Origin: Eledone cirrhosa
Lineage: Eukaryota
Length of the DNA stretch: 64,000 nucleotides
Direction of reading: 5' to 3'
Assembly: GCA_964016885.1 (NCBI GenBank)
Contig: OZ024742.1
Location: 330,212,001 to 330,276,000, forward strand
In this document: positions 14,170 to 24,649 of the stretch, in pieces
How the letters are laid out: every line of letters starts with the position of its first letter
How positions within the stretch are numbered: position 1 is the first letter of the stretch
Position numbers and translations under genes: made by a program
Notes under the pieces: generated by a model
Told to the model about the DNA's origin: nothing
The model's input: the letters and a program-made list of their open reading frames with translations, nothing else
The model's database searches: none

Positions 14170-15300
14170 ACAATATTGTAGAGGGAGAGAGAATTTGGCG
14201 GTGTAGTAAGAGGGGGCATTGTGTGAGAGAGAGATGGTTGTATGGGGATGTAAGGAGCGGGAGATAATATTTTGTGTTAGTGAGAGGGTATTGGGAGAGT
14301 GATAGAGAGTGATATATGTAGTGAAATATACCGAGGGGAAGATAATTTGTTGGTCTAGTCACTAGACCAACAAATTATCTTCCCCTCGGTATATTTCACT
14401 ACATATATCACTCTCTATCACTCTCCCAATACTAGACTCTAGTGAGAGAGTGTGAGGTACTTAGTGGATTATATACAGGGGGAGATAGATTGCTGGTCTA
14501 GTGAGTGAGGTAGGTAGTTGCATATGGAGAGTAATTAATGGTATGGAGGGAGGGGTAATGAATTCCTGGTTTTACTGAGAGAGGAGGAATTGTTAGAGAG
14601 AGTGTGACATGTAGTGAGATTTAGAGAGATGGGGATTTGGTGGTCTAGTGAGAGAGAGAGAGAGAGGTGAATAGTTGAAGGGAGTGAGGTATGCAGTAGA
14701 ATATATAGAGGGGAGATTGATTGGTGGTCTAGTGAGAGTGGGGGAATTGTGAGAGAGTAAGATATGTAGTGGTATAGAGAGAGAGTGAGAGTTTGTTGTT
14801 TTAGTGAGAGAGAATGAGGCATGTAGTGAGATATAGAGAGCGGGATATAATGTGTTGACCTAGTGAGAGAGAGAGGGAATTAAGAGATTGAAAAAGAGTG
14901 ATATATGTAATGGAATATACTGACAGGGAAACACTTTGCTGATCTAGTGAGAGAGGGGGAATTCTGGGAAAGTGTGAGGTATGTAGTGGGTTATAGATAG
15001 AGGTGTCAGTTTATTGACATAGTGAGAGAGCGGGAGTTAAGAGAGTGAGAGGAAATTAGTTATGTAGTGGTATAGAATGAGGGTGAGAGAGTGCGTTGGT
15101 TTAGTGAGAGAGAGTGAGGCATGCAGTGAGATATAGAGAAGGGGATAGAAGTTGTTGGTTTAGTGAGAGAAGGTATTGAGAGAGTAAGGAAGAATGGAGT
15201 ATATATTGGAATATACAGAGGGGGAGATAATGTATTGATCTAGTGAGAGAGAGGGGATTAAGAGAGTGAAAAAAAAGTGATATATTCAATGGAATATAGA
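14170..15300. repeat. Degenerate GA-rich minisatellite containing a perfect 72-bp-arm palindrome (14288-14432)
   Basis: Recurring GTAGTG..ATATAGAG..GGTCTAGTGAGAGAG units. Confidence 0.75.
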
Positions 15301-15304
15301 GACT

Positions 15305-15353
<49 letters not shown>

Positions 15354-15773
15354 TGTGTGTGTGGGTGTGTGTGTGTGTGTCTATATATATATATATTGTG
15401 ATACTTTGGGAGGGATATGTTTCCAATAAAACACACGCACCTGTGTTTTTCACTTCAACCTTTATCTCCATATTCCTCCACGCATAAGTTCGAGAGCTCG
15501 GCTTCTTATGCATTTTGTTCGTTTCCATTTAAAATCAGGATTCAGCTATCTAATTTAAGAGGGCATGAATTTTCAGTCTCTTGGTTCTTTGGCTTATTGG
15601 CTTAACATGCCGAGCAGGTTGATATAAGTTTCGATTCCTCATCGCGGCCAATGGCAACATTTTTTCCCCCTCTTAAACAGTTTTCAAACTATATTTATAT
15701 TATATATATGTGTATATAAATATACAGATACACACACGCATACATACACACACACACGCACACACCCATACAG

Positions 15774-15822
<49 letters not shown>

Positions 15823-15866
15823 TTAGTTTTGCGAGGTTTTTTATATGAAATCGTGTGTCGAAACAG

Positions 15867-16097
15867 ATATTGTTATATTTGGGGAGGGTCATATTTGCGT
15901 AATATTGCCAGAATTAATAACAGAACACACTCACTGTTTGGTTGGTTTTCGCTTCTCGCTGAGTAAGTTAGAGTAAGTTAGATCGCAGATATATATATAT
16001 AAAAGACAGCGAGAAGCGAAAACCAACCAAACAGTGAGTGTGTTCTGTTATTAATTCTGGCAATATTACGCAAATATGACCCTCCCCAAATATAACA

Positions 16098-16101
<4 letters not shown>
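15867..16101. repeat. Perfect inverted repeat, 95-bp arms
   Basis: 15867-15961 is the reverse complement of 16007-16101. Confidence 0.9.
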
Positions 16102-16128
<27 letters not shown>

Positions 16129-17504
16129 AATATTACTCTTCTCACAAAAGAAACTAAGTTTCAACTACAAAATACCAACAATGGAAAAGTAATTATAGAT
16201 ACGTCGTTCCTATCTTATCAACTCCATCTACCACAATTCTCTTCAAATACAATCTAAAAAATATACAATGGAGTAAAGGAGAAAATACATCATTTATAAT
16301 TTACCACATAATAGTCATTAATAATTTATTCTTAATTCACTTTTTGATTGTTATAACAGTATGTTGAAGACAAGTTAAAAGGAAACGAAACTAGAAATAG
16401 ATATGTAATTTAGAATAAAGGAAAATAATACACTGAAATAAACAATCGAATTCTATTTTAGATTTAATTTACATAAGACATCATTTTCACTTTGTGACCA
16501 ATGTTATATAACATGGCAATATAATTTTATTTTTATCTAAAATACGGATGAAGCAAATATTATAAATACTATATAAAATCTAAAATGTTCGAATTTATAT
16601 ATTTGAAAACTGAAATGTAAATATATTTATGCGAAATTATAGCAAATACAGAAACATCAATGGTTTAAATACAAAACAAATGAACCGAATGTAACAATAT
16701 TTCAATGGACTTAAGATTCGAATTATCTCTATATTGCACAACTTCTTGTGTCTTTATCTGTTTATTGAGCTACAAATAGTAAGTTGGAATTAATCGATAG
16801 TAGCTTTGAAAGCCATTTGTCCGTCTATGTCATAGCTGCGATGTATTATATATGGTGAATATATTTAACTTTAAATGGTTCAGAGCAACTATCAGTAAAT
16901 AAATACCCATCATAGTTACGGACATAACGCAATGTCAAACTAATCTATTAAACTACACAGTCCAATCGAGTATTATTCATTTCATAGTTCTGAGTCTAAT
17001 TTTGTCACTGACATCACGTTTCACTATTTATTCAGCTTGAACATCATAATGAAATCATATAAAATCCACTTAGCATTCATATTCGAATATGTTGCACAGA
17101 ACATCTATTCGTGCCGTGATTTTATCATTGCATATTCTTGAATTAACTTACGTCATTCTGATTAAAGCGGTTGATTGTAGTAATAGATTCACATGTATTA
17201 TAAAATTTAGCGTACGTAAGATTCAGACTGCATTCTTCAAGGGGAGTAAAATCCAAATATTCTCCGAAACTGTATAGCACATGAAGATGACAATAATAAT
17301 ATTATTAACATTACAAAACCGCACGACGTTTATTCTACAAGATAAAATCTCAATAATACAAGGTAAATGTAGAAAAATCTGGAGGGGGCTTTCCCCTCCA
17401 ATACGCATAAAATCAGACAAAGCTACTGCTCACGATTCATAAACAATGAGATGCAGGAGACACAAAGTGACGCAGCTGAAACCAACATTAATCTGTGGAG
17501 TAAC

Positions 17505-17548
<44 letters not shown>

Positions 17549-17808
17549 TTTCTTTATTAACCACAAGGGTTTACATAAAGTAGACATTAAGGACAGTGCA
17601 GGACAATGCAGGACGGTACAAATGGGCATTTCTGCGTGTAAAAAAACAAAAACAGAGGATGTAACAAAAATAACAATGAAAATAACAATGAAAAATTCCC
17701 CAATAGGGGGGAGACTTCGGAGGGACATTTGTGGAGAAAGCCCAGTAAAAAGCCACAATGACCCTGACCACCAAGGCAAGTGCCCTCTCCCAGTTTTCCA
17801 CCTTTAGT

Positions 17809-20800
17809 TTACAGATATATACTCAGAGTCGGCCCATTCACTCGGGCCATTCTTGCTTCTCTCACCCATCTTTCAACAAAATGCTGGGAAGAGAGCACTT
17901 CCTTCTCTACTCTGATTTTCCTTTTCAAATGAAATTTGAAAAAGTCAATCAGAGCATCACCGAAGAGGTAAGTGCTCGTCTTCAGCCCTTTCAAACGTGT
18001 CCACCATACTATCTCTTTCGCCATGGCCACCAGACAGATAAAAACTGCCTGCCCTTCCCGGCTAAAGGAGAAGGGCGGGGCAATCCTCACGATAGACTCA
18101 GATGATAGCTGGATCCGTCCTAAACGCGACAGCAGGTGTTCGACATAAACCCACAAGTCAGCAATTTTCGGACACTGGACGAGTGCGTGCAGGACGGTTT
18201 CGTCGCCCTGCGCGCATCTCGGACATGCCCGGCTGACGGCACCTCCATGCCTGTAGAGTTTATCCCGAACTGGCAAGGTTCCTCGGTAGCACTGCCAGGC
18301 CAGAGATTTCTGGAAATTGTCCATAGGCCCTGGCCCGAAAGTTCTTCCGAAGAGATTGGCTAGTTGATTTTCGTCGACGCCTAGAGTTTCCCCAAGTACG
18401 TCGTCGCTCTTCCCCTCCACTAATCCTCTATAGAACGCCCAGGTGGAGTTTCCACCGATCACATTGCCCGATTGGTCGAGGGCTGTGAGCGCCTGAAGAC
18501 ATTCCAGTCTCCAGGCGCTCCCTCTCGGTCTTCGCTTGACCCAGGACTGCAGCTCCGTCAAGGAAACGAGCTGGGGAAAAACGCGTCTAGCAAACGGCGA
18601 CCACACCTGATCACCGTCGAGGAAGAGGTGGAGATGTCGTAGCCTGAGCGCGTGCCTGCGCATCATCAGCCACGGCATGCCCAGCCCTCCACGTAGCGGG
18701 TGTTGACAACAGATGGACCGCCTGACCATCGGAGCACGTCCCTTCCACAAAAAGCGAAAGAGCAAACGCTCCAGCGCAGTCAGGCGAGGCTTAGGACAAG
18801 GTACGACGGTTAGGCGGTAGCAGATGACAGACGCGATGTACGCGTTAGCCACCTCCGCTCGACCTTTCAGGGATAGCTTCCTCTCCGCCCATTTCTGGGT
18901 GAGAGAAGCCACCCTGCTCGTCACCTCGTCCCAGTTTTTGTCCGTCTGGAGGTCCGGACCGAACCAGACCCCTAGCAATTTAACCGGTCCGTCCGTCCAG
19001 CGCCCGACGACGCTGTTGGACGGCATGGACCTACCTCTCCAGGTGCCGAGCTGCAGGCCCACTGACTTTTCCTGGTTGATCATTGCTCCTGTCACCGCTT
19101 CGTATTCTCTTAGTGTAGTGCCGATCGCCTCGATGTGTTTGGCGTTCGACACCACTACGGTGACATCGTCCGCATATGCTGATACGGATCTTCCGCATCC
19201 TAGTTCGCGCGGGACTCCCCTCAACGTCTCCAGTTTGTGCAGTAATGGCTCGAGAGTCAATACGTACAAGAGGGACGAGAGGGGACATCCTTGGCGGACC
19301 GAGCGCATGATGTTGAACGGTTCCGACAGGTGACCGTTCACTCTCACCACAGAGCAGATGTCGCTGTGCATGGCAGCGATCCAGCCTCTGAAGACGGGCC
19401 CAAAGCCAGCCGCCCTCAGGACTGCCGCTAGGTAACGATGGTCGACCCTATCGAAAGCTTTCGACTGATCTAAATTGATCAAGGACCCACCCGTGCCAGG
19501 TTCCCTAGCTACCCTCTCTACGATGTATCGCATGAGGTGGAGGTTGTCGTGGATGGATCTGTCGGGAATGGCGCATGTCTGCGCCTCTCCCACCAGACCA
19601 CCAACGACAAGCGCCAACCTCTTTGCTAGCACCTTGGCCAAAATCTTAAACTCTGTGTTTAGCAGAGTTATGGGCCGGAAATTGTCTATGTTATCCCCCT
19701 TGTTCGGATCCTTTCTCAGCAGTGCCACCGCTCCTCGGCTCACAGAACTGGGAATTCTCCCGTTCTGTTGCCAGTTGCAGTAGACGTCCGCCAAGAGGCC
19801 TCCGAACAAGTCTGGCATCTGTACGTAAAGTTCATAGGGCAGACCATCCAAACCAGGCGATTTACCCCTTGTGCAGCCAGTCATTGCCTCCCGTACTTCA
19901 GCGGCTGTTATCGGCTTTTCGCAACACCTCGCCTCAGTGGCCGAGAGCCGCGGCAGTCCGTCGAGGTAGACACTAAAGTCCATCCCTCTACCCGGCCCCC
20001 CGCTGCCCCCGAACAGCTGAGCGAAGTGTCGCTGAAAAGCTTCACACATTTGCCCGGGATCGAGTAGCATGCGCCCGTCGTGGTCCACCAAAGACCGGAT
20101 CGTGGCATTGTTGCCACGACGCGCCTCCGCCACTCGGGCCCATTGAACGGCTTTCGTCCCCTCGTGTCTGAGAGCACGCACCCTAGCTCTGACAACGCAG
20201 CCTTCGTGCTTTGCATTGAAGAATTGGTCAAGGGCCAATTTCGCCGCAAGCACGTCGGTCGCAATGCCTTTGCTAAGCGCCTCGTCTAATTTTCTAACTA
20301 GTTCTCCCTCTGCTCTATTTTTCTCTATTGCTAAAGCCTTACTAAACCTAATCGATTCTATTCTAATCGCTCTTTTCAGAGCAAACCACCACTTGTTGTT
20401 GACGATGGCCCCCGTCAACGCCCGCTTAACTAGTTCGCTAATCCGGTCTCTGTAGGCCTTGCGCGCTGGTAAGGAGGCGTTTAGCTTCCAGTAGCCGGGT
20501 CCTCGTCTATGAAGCCTATTTAAGTCAAGCACACAGGTCACGAATTTGTGGTCCGTGTAGCTGACTATCTTGAATTGTGGACAGCCTATGCTAGACCTAT
20601 CTATTTCCCTACAAAATACTCTATCTAGATATGATCTGGATGACCCTATGCGGTTTGTCCAAGTCCACATTGGCACATTCGGGAAATCCAATCGGTACCT
20701 GTCAGACAGTTCAAAACGCCTGAGCAGGTAGGTGAGGCTCTTGCACCCTCCACCCCTATCCGCTAATCCCACACAGTCCCAGCGTGCATCTAAGATCCCG

Positions 20801-21228
20801 TTCCAGTCGCCCACTAACACTAAAGAGCGGGACGTTCCAAGAAAGGTCTCCAGACGCCGGAAGAAATCAGGCCGCCCTGCTCCTGTCGGGGCATAGACGG
20901 CCACTAGCCTGAAATCTTGCCCGTCTCCGCTGGTCACGTCCAGCACCACCAGCTTACCCTCTGGGTCCATGAAGATGGCCCGTATGGCGAGATCCAAACC
21001 TCTCCGAAAAAGCACAGCAACTCCTCCACCCGATCCAGGACGGCTGGGAGATGCGTACACATCGTAGCCGCCGAAGATCGGTGCGAAGGCCCGTGCTTCG
21101 GAGATTCTGGTCTCGCTGATGGCCACTACATCTATGTTTAGTGACCTGAGGTCGTTGAGCAGGTGACCCTGCTTCCATGATGACCCCAAGCCACGCGCAT
21201 TTATGCTGCCTATTCTGAGTGAGGTCAT
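17809..21228 (-). CDS. Tx1-type ORF2p: AP-like endonuclease, reverse transcriptase and C-terminal zinc finger (1139 aa, intact)
   Basis: SINARG, ISET, VYAP, GDWN, YLDR, TDH (APE); WKLN; SPGLDGLP, FRPITLLN, DQSKAFDRV, QGCPLS, YADD (RT); CPRC..ETVLHALVQC. Confidence 0.97.
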   Translation of the reverse strand: MTSLRIGSINARGLGSSWKQGHLLNDLRSLNIDVVAISETRISEARAFAPIFGGYDVYASPSRPGSGGGVAVLFRRGLDLAIRAIFMDPEGKLVVLDVTSGDGQDFRLVAVYAPTGAGRPDFFRRLETFLGTSRSLVLVGDWNGILDARWDCVGLADRGGGCKSLTYLLRRFELSDRYRLDFPNVPMWTWTNRIGSSRSYLDRVFCREIDRSSIGCPQFKIVSYTDHKFVTCVLDLNRLHRRGPGYWKLNASLPARKAYRDRISELVKRALTGAIVNNKWWFALKRAIRIESIRFSKALAIEKNRAEGELVRKLDEALSKGIATDVLAAKLALDQFFNAKHEGCVVRARVRALRHEGTKAVQWARVAEARRGNNATIRSLVDHDGRMLLDPGQMCEAFQRHFAQLFGGSGGPGRGMDFSVYLDGLPRLSATEARCCEKPITAAEVREAMTGCTRGKSPGLDGLPYELYVQMPDLFGGLLADVYCNWQQNGRIPSSVSRGAVALLRKDPNKGDNIDNFRPITLLNTEFKILAKVLAKRLALVVGGLVGEAQTCAIPDRSIHDNLHLMRYIVERVAREPGTGGSLINLDQSKAFDRVDHRYLAAVLRAAGFGPVFRGWIAAMHSDICSVVRVNGHLSEPFNIMRSVRQGCPLSSLLYVLTLEPLLHKLETLRGVPRELGCGRSVSAYADDVTVVVSNAKHIEAIGTTLREYEAVTGAMINQEKSVGLQLGTWRGRSMPSNSVVGRWTDGPVKLLGVWFGPDLQTDKNWDEVTSRVASLTQKWAERKLSLKGRAEVANAYIASVICYRLTVVPCPKPRLTALERLLFRFLWKGRAPMVRRSICCQHPLRGGLGMPWLMMRRHALRLRHLHLFLDGDQVWSPFARRVFPQLVSLTELQSWVKRRPRGSAWRLECLQALTALDQSGNVIGGNSTWAFYRGLVEGKSDDVLGETLGVDENQLANLFGRTFGPGPMDNFQKSLAWQCYRGTLPVRDKLYRHGGAVSRACPRCAQGDETVLHALVQCPKIADLWVYVEHLLSRLGRIQLSSESIVRIAPPFSFSREGQAVFICLVAMAKEIVWWTRLKGLKTSTYLFGDALIDFFKFHLKRKIRVEKEVLSSQHFVERWVREARMARVNGPTLSIYL

Positions 21229-21263
21229 GTTTAAAATAGAGTGGAAAAGATGGGAAAGACCAC

Positions 21264-23357
21264 TTACCGTACTTTTGGTACAGGAGGGATGGTTTTTACA
21301 TCCCTTTTCACTTGATCGTCTGGCGAAGGGACCGTTGAATCGTCCCTTCGGCTGGTCGTCGGCTCTTCTAAGAGAATGTCTGAATATACTCTTCGATTGA
21401 TGGTTCCTCCTAGGTCCCTGAAATCACCAACTGCGTTGGGGAATTTCGTTTTAATGTTTGTGTATTGTTTCTGTGCTATTTTTAGCAGTCTTATGTTAGT
21501 TGGCGTTTTGATTGGTGCTGGTATTATGTAGTCCTGTTGTGAAATGTCTGTGTGTTCAATTATGTAAGTCATTAGTTTCTTGTTGTGTGTGTTTATTGCC
21601 GTGCATTTGTTTTTCTGGGGGTGGGGTGTGGTTCTGCTATTTTCTTGTCGTTGTTGCTGGGTGTGTGTGTTTTGTTGTTGTGTTTGCGATGTTGGTGCTT
21701 GTGGTGGTGGTGTTGAAGGTGTTGTTGGCGGTGGGGTTGTCGCCGGTGGTGATGGTGGTGCTGGTGTGGGTGGTGATGGTGTTGGTGGTGTTGCTGCTGT
21801 GGGTCTCTTTGCAGTAGACTTTACCCTTTTCTCATTTCTTTCCTGCCTTTTCAAAGGCGACGATGCGCTGCTTCTGCGTTTGTGCCTTCTTGCGACCTTT
21901 TGCCATCCCTCTCCCACCTCACACTCCATGTCTGATTCTGTAAGGTCGGGGAGGGGTACCAGCTCCACTCTTTCACTTGTTGTTGTTGGTGATGTTTGCA
22001 CTGGAGTCTCTGTTGCAGCTGCATTTGGTATTGCTGTTGTTGTTGTTAATATTTCCACTGCTGCTGCTGTCTTTGATTTCCGTGGAGTGGGTATGGGTGC
22101 CACGGACCTATCGTTCCTGGTTGCCGCTTGTCCTGTTGCTGGTAGCCGTGGAGCCGGATTCGGAAGGAGGGGGGTTTACTCCTTTCTCAGGGTCTTCTCG
22201 TTGCAGAAGGCCCTGAGGTGAGTCTTCGATCCACAGCGAAAGCATTTCGGGCGTTTGCCCTCAACACTTATGGGCAGTTGAGTGCCGTTATCGAAGTCTA
22301 TCACATCCGGGATAGCTTCGATGCACTCCTGGTTGGTTTGGATTAGCATCTCAATGGAGGAGCCGACCCAATCTTCTCTTACTTTTTTCTGTACTTGCAG
22401 TACAGTTGTTTTGTCCTCGATTCCGACGAGGACAGACGCGGCCAGCCAAGAAGGGGTCATTCCGGGGGGGACGTGGGTCAGTTTGACCCTCACAATTTTT
22501 TGCCCGCAGTAGGAGGGCACCAACACCATTTCCTCGCTCCTTAGGGTCACTACTGATTGGGCCTTTGCCTCCTGGGGTGTGGCAAAAAGTACGTCTACGG
22601 TGGCGTATTTTTTGCCTCGGGTGATGTGCGTTTTCCTCTGCCACACAGACCCCAAGGCTTTTTGTATTTGGGCCTCTGTGGCTCTTTCCACCCTACGGGA
22701 TTTTGTACTTACTGTACGGTACGTGACCGTACAGTGCTCTTGGGTTTCGAAAAAATTTTTCGCTGCCTTGCAGATTGCTCGGTGTCCGTTCTTTGTCACC
22801 ATCTTCTTCGCTTCCTCTAATTCCTCATTTGTTATGAGGATTGTTTCCAAGTTTTTCGCAATACCTGCAAATGAGATTGGTTTTTCTCTGCTGTTGTTGT
22901 TGTCGTCAGAGCTGCTGGTACTTTTGTTGCTGCAGGTACTACGACTACTGCCTCCGCCGCTGTTGCTGTGGTTGTTGTTGGTGTTGCTGCTGCTAATGCT
23001 GTTGTTGTTTATGCTGCTGGTGATGCTGTTGCGGCTGCTACTGTTGTTTTCATTGTCACTGTTGCTGTTGTTATTACGGCTGCTACTGCTATTATTCCTG
23101 ACGTCAGACGAATGAACTGGGTTTTCGTATTTCCCGCACACCTGTTTCGTCGCTGTCGTCGTCGTCGTGGAGAAACCTTGCACGCTTTGCACGAGACTTT
23201 TCTTTTCTTTCGTCACTTGCGAAAGAGAAGGGAGGGAGAGAGACACATTTAAAGAAGGGAGGGAGAGAGACAATCTTCTCTCTGCTGTAGTGATGATTGA
23301 GGAAGAAGAAGACGGAATGAGTGGGAGTGACGTATGAAATTTATTTTTCGTAGCCAT
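21264..23357 (-). CDS. Tx1 ORF1p (low-complexity N/S tract, central domain, CCHC knuckle, Pro/Thr-rich tail), broken by one in-frame TAA at 22176-22178
   Basis: ORFs 22176..23357 and 21264..22103 share a frame, with 24 open codons between them. CFRCGSKTHLRAFC zinc knuckle. Confidence 0.85.
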
Positions 23358-23572
23358 GTTGTTTTTTGTTTAAAATGACATTTTGGGTACAAAACCCCAA
23401 TAACTGATTATTTAACCCCGAAGGGCCAAATAACGGACAGAAAGACCCCTCTCACGAGGAGGAGGGTGTCTTTATCAACAATTTGGTTCAAGTTTTAAAC
23501 AATTTACAATTGTTTTAACGGTTAAAAATTACTATACCTTACAGAGCCGAGCCTCCGTCAACCATGGCATTC

Positions 23573-23722
<150 letters not shown>

Positions 23723-24649
23723 ACGCACGAGGTGGTAGAAGGTCATGAAATCGCTCCCGTAAGTTTTTGATTTTTAACATATTTAAATCAATTGTGAAAT
23801 AACAATTCTTAGTACAAATGTTGCATAAACCACCGAATGAAGTCCCATAAAATTTCGGATACATATTATATTGTTATATCGCTCAAATATTCAATTTTGC
23901 ATTATATATTTTGTATTCAAAAAAAGAAAATGGTTATAAATGGAAGAAAACACCCTCTGTCTACACTATATAGAACAGCCAAATAACAGCAATTTCACCA
24001 ACACCAGAAACTTGATACACCACCTATCCCATCACACTAAATATAACAGCCAGATAACGGTAATTTTACCACCACCACCATCAATCCCAGCATCATAATA
24101 ATAATTACTATTATTATTGTCTCAAATTTTAACAAAATGTTTAATTCCAATTTTACGGGAATATGTCAACACAATATATATTAAACATACGAACACAAAC
24201 TCATAGATACCCCATCCATCATTGCTACCACTATCCCATCGCCGCCGCCACCACTCCTTCATTGCTACCACCACTATTCCCCTGTTAACTTGAGAGAGAA
24301 AGGGGAAGGTGGCGGTATCACTAGACAAGGGAGAGGCTAGCAAAATATATAAATAGATTGACTTTGTGACCTGGCCACCGGCCAAACGTCAACATCAACA
24401 ACTATGGGACTGCTGGCTCACCCCTTCCTCACCAACAATATAAAAAGCTCCGGCACCACCACCGACATAGCCAACAACAATAACAGGCAACTACAGCAAA
24501 AAGTATATTATATTATTGTAATGCACTGGGTGATTGCTGGCCTTGTGCCTGGAGTGGAGACAATTATTAATAATTTCATTCTTAAGCCACGCAATGCTCA
24601 CATTAAGGAACCACTCATGATAATAACAATTTAAAAAAACAACAAAAAG

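Larger units (their letters stand above)
17547..23572 (-). mobile_element. Full-length Tx1/L1-clade LINE (copy 1), flanked on both sides by (AAT)n
   Basis: 5' UTR, ORF1 with CCHC knuckle, APE-RT ORF2 and 3' UTR with AATAAA, then an (ATT)n tail (17505-17546). The 5' flank is (AAT)n(AAG)n at 23573-23722. Confidence 0.95.

Noticed and set aside
18136-23252. Plus-strand ORFs overlapping Tx1 copy 1 and similar ones in the other copies
   Set aside because: Antisense shadows of GC-rich or low-complexity LINE coding sequence; no independent motifs.
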